NCBI GenBank assembly: GCA_963733375.1
Contig: CAVTDB010000002.1
Coordinates: 32,390-96,389, forward strand
Reading direction: 5' to 3'
Source: Nitrospirota bacterium
GTDB lineage: Bacteria > Nitrospirota > JACRHJ01
Length of the DNA stretch: 64,000 bases
This document shows, piece by piece, positions 30,654 through 40,589 of the stretch. The notes beneath the pieces were generated by a model. The model was not told where the DNA came from, did not search any database, and worked only from the letters and a program-made list of their open reading frames with translations. The position numbers were made by a program, and so were the translations under genes. Each line of letters opens with the position of its first letter. Position 1 is the first letter of the stretch.

Positions 30654-31090
30654 TTACCTCTTTTGTAATTCAGCCGCGATATAATCTTCCACCGTCTTCA
30701 AACAGCAGGAGCCTTGCGGGTTCCTTGTTTCACACGAACAGCCTTCTCTTTTCATGCGCGCCTTGATGTCCTGTGCGGCCGAGCTTTTTCCCGTAAGCCG
30801 TATTTCCTCAGCTATCCCTTCCATGGTATGGCCGAAACAGTAGCATATCGGCCTGGGGGCGGAAGTTTCCTTGAGTCCCTACGCGTACACTCAGGTCCCC
30901 CTTGGAGAAGGTGCGTCCGTCTTCCGTAAAATAAACCGTTTCGCACTCTTTCGTCTTGCAGAAAAAATAGCCGCCCTCTATTATATCGCCAAGTTTTTCC
31001 TTGCGGATTAAGGAGCGCACGGTGTCCGTCTTTACTGCCCTCCGGCAGCGCCGCAGGACGGGCAAATGGCGGAAGGTCCTCTATGCAACT
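30654..31090 (-). CDS. Cys-rich Fe-S/Zn metallochaperone-like protein (archaeal CopZ N-domain/BFD-like), frameshifted, start uncertain
   Basis: CPSCG, YFFCKTKEC, ICYCFGH, C...NPQGSCC. Confidence 0.75.
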
Positions 31091-31181
31091 TCAGCTGAAT
31101 CACGGCAATTCTACTCCACGTTACCGCGCATCTCTGCGGGAGGCCTTCTGCACGGCAAGCTTTGTCTTCTTCATACAGACC

Positions 31182-31899
31182 TTATTTCCCTTCGAGCAGC
31201 CTTTCCGCGAAATAGCCGGGCAATCCGTTTTCTACTATGGACCACGCCGTTTTCCCGACGTCATAAGGGACCCTCAGGAACTCCGTCTCGACAATGCCCG
31301 GCCTGATGTCAACCAATGCGACACATGACCTGACGTCCCCGTCTTTCGGCTTGCCCACGCTTCCGGCGTTGATGAATATTTTGCCGTCCAGGTCTTTTCT
31401 GTAAGGCTTATGGGTATGCCCATAAACCATAATGTCCGCGCCTGCTTTTTCGGCCATCTGCCTGAAGAAATCATCGTCCCTGTCATCGGTCCAGTAAAGA
31501 TTATTCTTGGTCGGCGTTCCATGAAATAACTTAACCCTGAACCCCTCGCAGGTGAAGGCTATTTCAAACGGCAGGCCCCTCAGGTATTCTTTTGTTTTCG
31601 GAGTTGCATGTTCCTTTGTCCAGTTAAAGCCCAGGTCCATCATCTTCGCCTGAAGTTCGTTTTCGTACCGGCAGCCGCAGTGCTCGCTGTCGTGCGATAC
31701 GGTCTCGTCGTAGTTCCCCTGGACGCCTTCGACCTGGTGCTCGGCAAGGAAATCGACGACCTCGTTTATAAAAGGCGCATAGCCGCCGAGGTCGCCAAGG
31801 TGATACACCTTCTCAAGCCGTGTTCGCGACCGCCGCTTTATAAGCCGCCTTAAGCGCCGCTATGTTGCCGTGTATGTCGCCGAATATCGCGAGTCTCAT
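31182..31899 (-). CDS. Metallophosphoesterase (YfcE-like), frameshift near 5' end
   Basis: [37 protein letters not shown]. Confidence 0.9.
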
Positions 31900-32973
31900 A
31901 TATAAAGGCTCCGTGCCCACTACCCTGCAAGCGGCGGGTGCGAAATATCTCTTCTGGAAATAAAGAGACACGTTAACGAGGCCGATTAAGACCGGGACCT
32001 CGACCAGCGGGCCGATTACCGCGGCGAACGCCGCGCCGGAATTAATGCCGAATACGGAGATGGCGACGGCGATGGCAAGCTCGAAATTATTCGAGGCGGC
32101 GGTAAAAGAAAGCGTGGCGGACTGCTCGTAAGTCGCGCCGACCTTCCTGCTCATGTAAAAAGAGGCCAGGAACATCACGATAAAATAAATGAAAAGAGGT
32201 ATCGCCACCCTGAGCACGTCACCCGGCAGGCGCACGATATAGTCGCCCTTGAGCGAGAACATGACGACTATCGTGAACAGGAGCGCGGTCAGGGTAATCG
32301 GGCTTATCTTCGGGATGAATTTATTCTCGTACCACTGCCTGCCCTTTTTGCGCACGAGGATAAGCCGCGTGAGCATTCCGGCGATGAACGGGACGCCCAG
32401 GTAGATGAAGACGCTCTTTGCTATCTGGCCCATGCCGACTTCCACCGCCACGCCCTTAAGGCCCAATACCGGCGGGAGGAGCGTCATGAAGAAGTAGGCG
32501 TACGCGGAATAGAACAGGACCTGGAATATCGAGTTGAAGGCGACCAGCCCGGCGGCGTATTCCCTGTCCCCGCAGGCAAGGTCGTTCCAGACTATGACCA
32601 TCGCGATGCACCGGGCGAGGCCGATCATTATGACTCCGGCCATGTATGAAGGGTAGTCCCGCAGGAAAAAGACGGCGAGCGCGAACATCAGGGCAGGGCC
32701 GATAACCCAGTTCTGCACAAGAGAGAGCGACAGCACCTTCCAGTCGCGGAAGACCCGGCCCATCTCCTCATACCTTACCTTGGCAAGCGGCGGGTACATC
32801 ATCAGTATCAGCCCCGCGGCTATCGGGATGGAGGTCGTGCCGGACTGGAAACGGGTGATGAAATTCACCCAGCCCGGAAGCCAGTATCCCGAGCCTACGC
32901 CCGCCGCCATGGCGAGGAATATCCAAAGGGTCAGGTATCTGTCCAGAAACGAGAGCTTGCCGGTGATCTTCAT
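31896..32973 (-). CDS. acr3: ACR3-family arsenite efflux transporter
   Basis: [48 protein letters not shown]. Confidence 0.96.
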
Positions 32974-32985
32974 ATAAACGATTCC

Positions 32986-33366
32986 TTAATTTAATGTCGC
33001 GCAGGAATTCCCTGGGGCCTTTGACTGCCTGAACCTGTAAAGCCGCTTCACGTCGCCTTCTGTCACCTTCCCGTTTACCCCGCCAAGGGCGGTGGGAAGC
33101 AGGATTTTATTGAACATGGAGGATAGGTCAAGCTCGTAATGTATCCACCTGCCCTCCCGCCAATCCTTAATAAAACCGGCCTCTTTAAGTATCGCCAGAT
33201 GAAAGGATATGTTCGGCTGGGTCATATCCAGGGCCGCCGCTATGTCGCATACGCATAGCTCTCCCTCTTCGAGCAGCTTCAATATCCGAAGCCGCGTTTC
33301 CTCCGAAAGCGCTTTAAAACGCGCGGCGGTCTTCTCCATTTCACCCTCCATCATGCCCTCATCCAT
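32986..33366 (-). CDS. arsR: ArsR-family repressor
   Basis: FKALSEETRLRIL, ELCVCD, SFHLAILK. Confidence 0.93.
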   Translation of the reverse strand: MDEGMMEGEMEKTAARFKALSEETRLRILKLLEEGELCVCDIAAALDMTQPNISFHLAILKEAGFIKDWREGRWIHYELDLSSMFNKILLPTALGGVNGKVTEGDVKRLYRFRQSKAPGNSCATLN

Positions 33367-33506
33367 CCCCGTTACGCCTCTCACTTCAACCAAATAACTG
33401 CTTATATGTTACTTTGCAGCCGCCACGGATGTCAAGTGAAAAAAAGAGGGCGTTAGCCTTCCCGTAACACATCAGGAAGATAACGCCCATTTATTTTAAA
33501 AAAACT

Positions 33507-34013
33507 CTATTTATTTTGAGGAGAACTACTCTTAAAAATTGCTCGTTTAGCGGACTTCAGCCTTGCCGCCCTTGAAGACTTCGTCTGGGCGACTTTGGGC
33601 TTGCGGCCCCTCTTCGCTTTCGGCTTCTCGATTTTTATCTTGATCGTCTTCGCGGCTTCCTTCGATTTCCGCACGGTATCCAGGCGCTTCTTGTCCCCGT
33701 CAAGCTTCTTGCCGGTCACCCTTTCAAGCGACGTAGGGACCAGGACGCGGTTTAACATATCCCCCATGTCGAGCTGGTAGAAGCTCCAGCGCCCCTCGCG
33801 CCTGTCTTTTATAAGTCCCGCCTCCTTGAGTATCCCCAGGTGAAAAGAGACGTTCGGCTGCGTCATCTCCAGCGCGTCGGTCAGGTCGCACACGCAGACC
33901 TCGTCCCCGCAAGCGAGGAGCTTCAAAATCCTGAGCCTCGTCTCATCCGCCATCGCCTTGAATACAGGTATAATCTTTTCCAATTCCCTACCCCCTTTTG
34001 CTGAGATATTCAA
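33507..34013 (-). CDS. arsR: Second ArsR-family regulator with basic C-terminal tail
   Basis: EVCVCD, SFHLGILKEAGLI; closely similar to the adjacent ArsR. Confidence 0.9.
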   Translation of the reverse strand: MNISAKGGRELEKIIPVFKAMADETRLRILKLLACGDEVCVCDLTDALEMTQPNVSFHLGILKEAGLIKDRREGRWSFYQLDMGDMLNRVLVPTSLERVTGKKLDGDKKRLDTVRKSKEAAKTIKIKIEKPKAKRGRKPKVAQTKSSRAARLKSAKRAIFKSSSPQNK

Positions 34014-34059
34014 ATCGCTTTATATGCTATTACCAGATCGTTTGAGTGTCAAGCGTAAT

Positions 34060-34959
34060 TTACAGCCGGCCCTCGGCCCGCAGTTTTCCGATCGCCGCCT
34101 TTATCTTTGGCATGGCTTCGATGGCCGCCTTCTCACCCTCCATGATGGCCTCGTTTCTTTTGTCGAAGTCGCTGGAGCCGATTTTCCCCACCTTCGGCCG
34201 TATGACCACGTCCGCCCTCGGCAGTTGTATCGTGGATATTTTCCAGTACATGATGTTCACCGCCTGGAGTATCGTGTCTATGGTCCCCTGGGGTTTGGAG
34301 TGGTCCAAGTCGGAGGATATGTCCACCGCTATTACAAGGTCCGCCCCGCGCGCCCTTGCGGCGTCAACCGCTATGGGGCTGACCACGCCTCCGTCCACAT
34401 ACGTCCTGCCGCCAAAAGTTGCCGGGCGGAAGACGCCGGGTATGGAACAGCTCGCGTGGACCGCCGCGCCGGTGTTGCCGGTGGCGAATACGACCTCCTG
34501 CCCGCTCTGGATGTCCGTCGCTACCGCATAGAACGGCAGCCTCAGCTTTTCCAGTGGGACGTTTTTCACCATCTTGTTCACGAACGCCTCCAGCTTGTCC
34601 CCCTTTATAAAGCCGTTATCCGGTATGCCCAGGTCCGCTATATCCGATTTGTCCACGTCCAGGGCTATCTTCTGGAGCTGGAACCCGTTATAGCCCGAGG
34701 CGTAAAGGCTCCCTACGAAGCTCCCGGCGCTGGTCCCGACAACCATGTTCACGGGGATGGAGTTCGCCTCGAGGACCTTGATTACGCCGATATGCGCGAA
34801 ACCCCTGGCGGCCCCGGCGCCGAGTACGAGAGCAACTTTCGCGGGCGCGTGTTTTCCGGGCGCGGGTAAAACCTCCGCCTGCTTCGGCCCGGCGCAGGAA
34901 CTTAGAAGAACGACTGCGGCGGTTATGAAAGATAACAGGACAGCGCGGCTATTGAACAT
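34060..34959 (-). CDS. Patatin-like phospholipase lipoprotein
   Basis: LSSC lipobox, GAGAARGFAHIG, GTSAG, DGG. Confidence 0.92.
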   Translation of the reverse strand: MFNSRAVLLSFITAAVVLLSSCAGPKQAEVLPAPGKHAPAKVALVLGAGAARGFAHIGVIKVLEANSIPVNMVVGTSAGSFVGSLYASGYNGFQLQKIALDVDKSDIADLGIPDNGFIKGDKLEAFVNKMVKNVPLEKLRLPFYAVATDIQSGQEVVFATGNTGAAVHASCSIPGVFRPATFGGRTYVDGGVVSPIAVDAARARGADLVIAVDISSDLDHSKPQGTIDTILQAVNIMYWKISTIQLPRADVVIRPKVGKIGSSDFDKRNEAIMEGEKAAIEAMPKIKAAIGKLRAEGRL

Positions 34960-35026
34960 GGTTTTAAGGCCCTCCCTGCCCGATATAATATACTGTAAAA
35001 AAAGATTTTCAATCGAAAAGATTTTA

Positions 35027-36097
35027 TTAAAAAAGCGTGGCCTCGGCGCACCCCGCCTCATCGGAACCTTCCGCTATAAAATTAGATACCCTAAGTCCCA
35101 CGAGCCGCACCGGAAGCTCCGCTGGGAACTTGTGCAGAAGCCCTAAGCCCGCAAGCATAATGGGTTCATGCCCGGAAGCCGCCTGCTGCATCGTCTTTGC
35201 GCGGGTTAATGTGGTGAAGTCGGAATAGCGGAGTTTCACGGTCACGGTCCTTGCTAAAAATTTCCGTTTCTTCAGCCGGTATTCGAGGTCCCGGGCCATC
35301 CATTCGAACTCTTTTTTTATCTCCAGCATCTTGGCCGTGTCCTTCTCGAACGTCGTCTCCCGCGAGAGCGATTTCGGCTCCCAGTCCGTGACCAGCGCAG
35401 AGTCGTCAATGCCGCGCGCGCGGACTTTAAGGCAGTGCCCCCAGCGTTCTCCGAACTCGCCTGCGAGTTTCTCGCCGTCCGCCTCCGCCAGGTCGCCCAG
35501 GGTTTCGACCCCCATCTGGCGGAGCCGGGCGTATGTCACTTCGCCGATGCCCCATATCTTGTCGGCCTTCAAGGGGGCAATCCTCTCCCGCACCTCGTCT
35601 TCCGGGATTATCGTCAGGCCGTCCGGCTTCTCCAGGTCGGATGCGATCTTCGCCACCAGCTTGTTCGGCGCAATCCCCACGGACGCCGTAAGGCCCGTCT
35701 TCTCCTTGATCCGCGCTTTAAGCTTCCCGCCTATCTCCAAAGGGGTCCCCATCGGGCTGTCCGTGATATCCATGAACGCCTCGTCGATGCCGACCTCCTC
35801 AATCGTGCAGCTGAACTCTTTCAAGACCTCCATTATCTCTTTCGAGACGCGGGAATACTCGGCATAGTCCACGGGCAGGAAGACGCATTTCGGACAGCGG
35901 CGGAAGGCCTCTTTTAGCGGCATTGCGGAGTGGATGCCGAACTTCCTCGCGGCGTAGTTCGCGGTGGACACGACGCCCCGGGTATTCGGGTCTCCGTTCC
36001 CGCCGATAACCAGCGGACAGCCTTCAAGCTCCGGGCGCCTTCTCTCTTCTATCGCCGCGAAGAAGGCGTCCATGTCGATATGTAATATAGTGCGCAT
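35027..36097 (-). CDS. dinB: DNA polymerase IV
   Basis: HIDMDAFFA, YAARKFGIHSAMP, IDEAF, NKLVAKIASD. Confidence 0.96.
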   Translation of the reverse strand: MRTILHIDMDAFFAAIEERRRPELEGCPLVIGGNGDPNTRGVVSTANYAARKFGIHSAMPLKEAFRRCPKCVFLPVDYAEYSRVSKEIMEVLKEFSCTIEEVGIDEAFMDITDSPMGTPLEIGGKLKARIKEKTGLTASVGIAPNKLVAKIASDLEKPDGLTIIPEDEVRERIAPLKADKIWGIGEVTYARLRQMGVETLGDLAEADGEKLAGEFGERWGHCLKVRARGIDDSALVTDWEPKSLSRETTFEKDTAKMLEIKKEFEWMARDLEYRLKKRKFLARTVTVKLRYSDFTTLTRAKTMQQAASGHEPIMLAGLGLLHKFPAELPVRLVGLRVSNFIAEGSDEAGCAEATLF

Positions 36098-36100
36098 GAG

Positions 36101-37129
36101 TTATTTTACGGTGTCGGCGACCTTGACCTTGAGGAACGGCTGGTACTTTATCAGCCCCAGGCTCGCGTCCGTCCTTTTATCGAAAAATTTTTTCTCTATC
36201 TTCAAAGGGTCCGTCGTACCCCACCAGTTATCAAGGGCGTCAACGCCGGATGCGGTTTCCCTGGCCATCGCTATATTGTATTCCTCGTTACCCGATATAT
36301 TGTTCCGGCTTATTTTAAGCGGCGCCGCCTTGTCCAGGTAAATGCCATAGCCGTTTTTCTTTATGTCGTTGTAAGTGACCTTCGCATCCAGACCCGCGTG
36401 CACCCAAATCCCATAGAACCGGTTACCCGATATATCGTTGTGCGAGATCACGGCCGCCGCGTTCCCCGCGGCAATGCCGGACTTGTTGCCTACGATGGTG
36501 TTGTACTCGATGTCCATTACGCAAGGGCTGTCGAAGTCCGCCTTCTTGAATAACAGCGCGGTCCCGTTATCGTTGAATATGCACTTGGTCACTTTCGCTT
36601 CTGACGCGCGGTTCTGGATTCCGCATGCGGCATAGGATATCCGGCAGTACTCGAACACGTTGCCGCTTGAGCCCAGCAGGTTTACCGCGCCCCATGCCCC
36701 GGCCCTGGGAGTGGGGTCCGAGGATGTGAAGGTTATGGGCTTGTCCTTCTCCCCGACGGCTATGATCTTGCCGCGTACGATTATCTCCGCGCCCGGGAAG
36801 TAAGGAGAGCCAAGGCCAACCATGTTCCGCCCGTCCTCCTCCTCCAGCTTCGGTTCAATCCTGTTGAACCTTATCACCGTCCCAGGCTTTATGGTAAGCG
36901 TCGCGCCCTGCTTCACGTACACGTCGCCGGTTATCCTTATCCGGCCTTCCCATGTAGTATCCTCGATGATGGTAAACAGGCCGATATTCGTCTCGCTCAA
37001 TTCGGCCTTTGTTATCGGATGCACCTCCGCGCACGATGCAAGACCGATTATGATAACAAGGAAGAGCGATAATAACAGAATCCTTTTCAAGAAGAACACC
37101 CCTTTTTTTGGCTTCGGCATAGACGGCAA
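36101..37129 (-). CDS. Right-handed parallel beta-helix lipoprotein
   Basis: LASC lipobox, TLTIKPGT, PITFTS, repeated N.I.GN..GI, NWWG. Confidence 0.85.
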   Translation of the reverse strand: MPSMPKPKKGVFFLKRILLLSLFLVIIIGLASCAEVHPITKAELSETNIGLFTIIEDTTWEGRIRITGDVYVKQGATLTIKPGTVIRFNRIEPKLEEEDGRNMVGLGSPYFPGAEIIVRGKIIAVGEKDKPITFTSSDPTPRAGAWGAVNLLGSSGNVFEYCRISYAACGIQNRASEAKVTKCIFNDNGTALLFKKADFDSPCVMDIEYNTIVGNKSGIAAGNAAAVISHNDISGNRFYGIWVHAGLDAKVTYNDIKKNGYGIYLDKAAPLKISRNNISGNEEYNIAMARETASGVDALDNWWGTTDPLKIEKKFFDKRTDASLGLIKYQPFLKVKVADTVK

Positions 37130-37156
37130 GATAACTCCCGGACACGCCCCCCGGCG

Positions 37157-37732
37157 TTACTTCTTCAGTCCCTTCCCCGCGCTGAACGCCTTCCCCACAA
37201 CCTCGCCAAGCCGCCGGTAATTCCTGTCCGGGACGGTGAAGATGAGCGGGTCTATCTTTGCGGCGTCCGGGCGGCCGTTTTCGTCCAGGCAGTCTTTGTC
37301 CGCGTGTACTTCCTTTATCTCGCCGATTATCAAGTGATGGCTGCCAAGCTCCAGGGTCATTACCACCGTGCACTCAAGGTTTATGGGGCACTGGGCTATG
37401 AGCGGCGCGTGTCCAAGCTTCCCGTAAAAGATTTCAAACCCGGCGGTCGATGTCTTGTCCGGCTCGTTTTTGCCGGAGAACATCCCGATGTAGTCCGTCG
37501 CCTCCATGAGCGCGACATCCGGGATATTCACGGAAAAGGCACGGTGCTCCCTGATGCCTTTCAGCGTTTGCCTTTGCGGCTGGAAAGCCACCGTTATCAT
37601 CGGCGGCTCCGAACACGCGATCCCGCTCCATGCGGCCACCATGAAGTTGGGATTTCCTTCGACAATCGCGCCGATTAAAAAAACGGGCATGGGATATATC
37701 GTCGTGGAAGGGCCAAGCGTCACCTTGTTCAT
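37157..37732 (-). CDS. Flavin reductase/flavoredoxin family protein
   Basis: PMPVFLIG, FSVNIP, APLI..CPINLEC, HHLIIGEI. Confidence 0.9.
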   Translation of the reverse strand: MNKVTLGPSTTIYPMPVFLIGAIVEGNPNFMVAAWSGIACSEPPMITVAFQPQRQTLKGIREHRAFSVNIPDVALMEATDYIGMFSGKNEPDKTSTAGFEIFYGKLGHAPLIAQCPINLECTVVMTLELGSHHLIIGEIKEVHADKDCLDENGRPDAAKIDPLIFTVPDRNYRRLGEVVGKAFSAGKGLKK

Positions 37733-37756
37733 TTTTCCCTCTTTTTGTATTCAGGT

Positions 37757-38203
37757 TTAGGCTTCTCTCACGGACCGCGCGGCCTTTTTTGTCTCTTTCT
37801 GCGCACCGGTCTCAATTAAATATTTCTTGGCAGCGGTCTGAAGAAGTCCTGAACGCGTCATGCCCAACTGCTCGCTGGCCTTGTCTATTTTTTTGAGAAG
37901 CCTCTTCGGGAATGTTACATTAACCCTCTCGGATTGCTTCGCTTCGAATGGAGCGGTATCGACCTCCACCAATGCGACTATCCCGCCTTCTTTAAGATGT
38001 TTTTTATAATCATCTATTTTACCCTGCTCCGGGATTTCCTGCCCGTCCTCGATTAGCCCCTCAAGGTGCAACTCTATCGCCTCTTTGGAATTTTCTATTG
38101 CCGCGTCCAGAGTGCTCCCTGCGGAGTAGCATCCCGGCAGGCCGGGTACTATGACGCCGTAGTCTGAGGTTTTATCTTTGAATATAAAAATTGGGAATAG
38201 CAT
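37757..38203 (-). CDS. hicB: HicB-family antitoxin with C-terminal RHH domain
   Basis: YGVIVPGLPGCYSAG, EAIELHLEG, RVNVTFP..LL.KID...TRSG. Confidence 0.9.
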   Translation of the reverse strand: MLFPIFIFKDKTSDYGVIVPGLPGCYSAGSTLDAAIENSKEAIELHLEGLIEDGQEIPEQGKIDDYKKHLKEGGIVALVEVDTAPFEAKQSERVNVTFPKRLLKKIDKASEQLGMTRSGLLQTAAKKYLIETGAQKETKKAARSVREA

Positions 38204-38342
38204 ATTTTATATTATACACATTGATACACATTTTTTCAAATTATGCCCGCCTACCTCGCTGCGAATATACTTCGTCAAGCCGGAATTTCCAAATAAAAAA
38301 GGCCGGCACGATGGCCGGCCCCCATGTATGCAATATGAATTT

Positions 38343-38819
38343 TTATCCCGCAAGCTTCTTCGCCAGGTTTGCGACCCGCTCGCCCAGGGCACGGCACTGC
38401 TTCATCACCCGCTCGTCGGGAGCGCCGATGGAGACCGGGCCGTAGTGGTCGCCCTTGGGGGCGCCTTGCACGACCATGCCGTGCACGAGCATTGCTTCGA
38501 GTATGGCTATGATGACCGTCTCGTTACCGCCGCCGATGTTCGCGGACGAGGAGAAGGCCGCGCCGACCTTGCCTTCCAGCTTGCCGTGAAGCTTAACGGA
38601 CTCGTCCAGGAGTTTTATTATTTCCGCGGCCGGAAGGCCGTAGTATGTGGGGGAGCCTACGATTATGGCGTCAGAGCTCTGCAGGTCGTCCAGGGTGGCG
38701 TCCACGACCGCCTTGAGGGCCGTCTCGGCCCCGGCGGATTTCGCGCCCTCATCTATAAACCGGCCCATCTTTTCGGTATTCCCCGTCCTGGTATAGTACA
38801 GGATCAGAACTTTCGGCAA
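38343..38819 (-). CDS. Flavodoxin/WrbA-like NAD(P)H:quinone oxidoreductase
   Basis: YYTRTGNTEKM, GSPTYYG, GKVGAAF, GGGNE. Confidence 0.9.
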   Translation of the reverse strand: MPKVLILYYTRTGNTEKMGRFIDEGAKSAGAETALKAVVDATLDDLQSSDAIIVGSPTYYGLPAAEIIKLLDESVKLHGKLEGKVGAAFSSSANIGGGNETVIIAILEAMLVHGMVVQGAPKGDHYGPVSIGAPDERVMKQCRALGERVANLAKKLAG

Positions 38820-38843
38820 ACCGCACCTCCGGGTGTCTGAATC

Positions 38844-38876
38844 GTCAATCCCGCGGTGCGGGAATCCAGGAATTTA
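38844..38876. repeat. REP-like repeat family 1, single degenerate hairpin
   Basis: GTCAATCCCGCGGTGCGGGAATCCAGGAATTTA. Confidence 0.65.
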
Positions 38877-39233
38877 TCTGCGGAGCTTCTCTTCCTCTTC
38901 CTGGGCGGTCTTACACTCTATGCAAAGCGTGGTGACAGGCCTTGCCTGCAGGCGCTTAATGCCGATTTTCTCTCCGCAGGACTCGCAGATGCCGAACGTG
39001 CCGTCCTCTATCCTCTTCAGGGCTTCGTCGATCTTTTTGAGCAGCCTCTGCTCGCGGCCCCGGAGCCGAAGCAACAGGTTCCTGTCCGACTCCGCGCTGG
39101 CCTGGTCGCCCAGGTCGGCGTAGTTTTCCTTGTCGGGTTTCAAGCCGCCGCTTATGGTCATCCCGGCTTCAACCAGGAGCTCCGTCCTCTGTTCTTCGAG
39201 CTTTTTCTTTAAATCGCCGATATTGCGCTCCAT
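38874..39233 (-). CDS. dksA: RNA polymerase-binding factor DksA
   Basis: DLGDQA coiled-coil tip, CESC...CIEC zinc finger. Confidence 0.92.
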   Translation of the reverse strand: MERNIGDLKKKLEEQRTELLVEAGMTISGGLKPDKENYADLGDQASAESDRNLLLRLRGREQRLLKKIDEALKRIEDGTFGICESCGEKIGIKRLQARPVTTLCIECKTAQEEEEKLRR

Positions 39234-39394
39234 CTCGCGGCCACCTCTCCACTTGCCCTCATGGGCGATTGAAATTTTAAATGCGAAGTTTAACAAAAAG
39301 GGCATTCATAGTCAAATTATTTTAACACAAAAAAAAAGGGCCCAAATATCGCCCTTTTAATTTAAATATATGCATTTCTTCATGCGGCAAAGAC

Positions 39395-39895
39395 TTATGC
39401 CGCTTCTTTGATCTTCTTATGCTCCTCCGTGGTCTCTATTTCGATCTTCTTCCCCTTTATAGCCGCTGCCGCCGGCATCCTGATCTCCAGCAGGCCTTTC
39501 TTATAAGTAGCTTTTATTTTATCCGGGTTTACCTCCACTGGCAGCATAACGCTTCTCTCAAAGCTTCCGTAGGATATCTCCCTGGAGAAGTAATCTTCGT
39601 TTTTGTATTCCTTCTCAAGATTGCGCTCGCCCTTGACCGTGAGGAGGTTTCCGGTTACGGTAATCTCCACGTCCTTCGGGTCCACGCCGGGCAGTTCGAC
39701 GTGCGCGATAAGGTCGTTACCCTCCTTGACCACGTCTATGGCGGGGTAAGTAAGGCCGCCAATCAATGAAGGCATCATCGAAGGCATCATCGCCCAGCGC
39801 TCGGCACGGCCGAACACTCTGTTAAAGAGGTCGTCCATGTCCCGGTGGAGCGAACCAAGCTCCCTGACAGGGTTCCATTTTGTCAGCGGGAACAT
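39395..39895 (-). CDS. Hsp20 small heat-shock protein
   Basis: PAIDV, VELPGV, LTVKGER, EISYGSFER; TTGACA-N16-TATACT promoter upstream. Confidence 0.93.
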   Translation of the reverse strand: MFPLTKWNPVRELGSLHRDMDDLFNRVFGRAERWAMMPSMMPSLIGGLTYPAIDVVKEGNDLIAHVELPGVDPKDVEITVTGNLLTVKGERNLEKEYKNEDYFSREISYGSFERSVMLPVEVNPDKIKATYKKGLLEIRMPAAAAIKGKKIEIETTEEHKKIKEAA

Positions 39896-40159
39896 CTTTA
39901 CACCTCCATAAACCAATTTATCCCGGAACTCCGCGGCGTCCTGGGGAAAAGCCGTACTATTAGAGGAATTTAACCCTACCACCTATATAGTATACCTCGT
40001 TTCCGCAAAATGTCAATCCGTAACATATTAATATTATTATGTTTTTCGAAACATTCCAATATAATTGCAGTATTTCTTAAACCTTTTCCCCGTTACTTCC
40101 GTCTTGCTTAGTAGCGGGATTTAATCTATCCTTGCTGTTCGCACAGGAGGTACAGCTAA

Positions 40160-40582
40160 ATGAAGAGACATCTGGTAGTCGCGGCCGCAATGGCGGCCGT
40201 CTTTTCGGCAGTCCCGGCATTCGCGGGAGTACACGTGTTCATCACCCCGCCAGCCATCCCGGTGTTCGTGCCGCCACCGCCGCCCGTGCCGGTCGTGGTA
40301 ATGCCGCCGCCCCCTCCGGGAGTGGTGATAGGTTCGCCATCGTACTGGTTCTGGGACGGGGACAGGGGTTCGTGGTTCTACTACGACAGGTATCGCCACC
40401 CGCATTACGACCGCAGGCACGGCTTCGTGAATGACGGCAGGCATTTCTATCTCGAGGGCGGCAGGTGGAGCCCCGCCAGGCACGACATGGGCAAACACAA
40501 GGGCCACGACAAGGATGGACACGGGAATGGACACGGGAATGGGCGCGGGCATGGACATGGCCGCGGACACGACCGGGACTAA
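40160..40582 (+). CDS. Secreted Pro-rich, His/Gly-rich low-complexity protein
   Basis: AGGAGG RBS, signal peptide ending AFA, poly-Pro, GHGNGHGNGRGHGHGRGH tail. Confidence 0.8.
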   Translation: MKRHLVVAAAMAAVFSAVPAFAGVHVFITPPAIPVFVPPPPPVPVVVMPPPPPGVVIGSPSYWFWDGDRGSWFYYDRYRHPHYDRRHGFVNDGRHFYLEGGRWSPARHDMGKHKGHDKDGHGNGHGNGRGHGHGRGHDRD

Positions 40583-40589
40583 GTCGCCG

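Noticed and set aside
31813-32973. Acr3-phosphoesterase fusion
   Set aside because: The ORF picks up only the first ~28 residues of the next gene; more simply explained by indels.
40018-40050. dif-like site (AACATATTAATATTATTATGTT)
   Set aside because: Only partial XerD-arm similarity and a poor XerC arm; it sits in a divergent promoter region and is more likely an operator.
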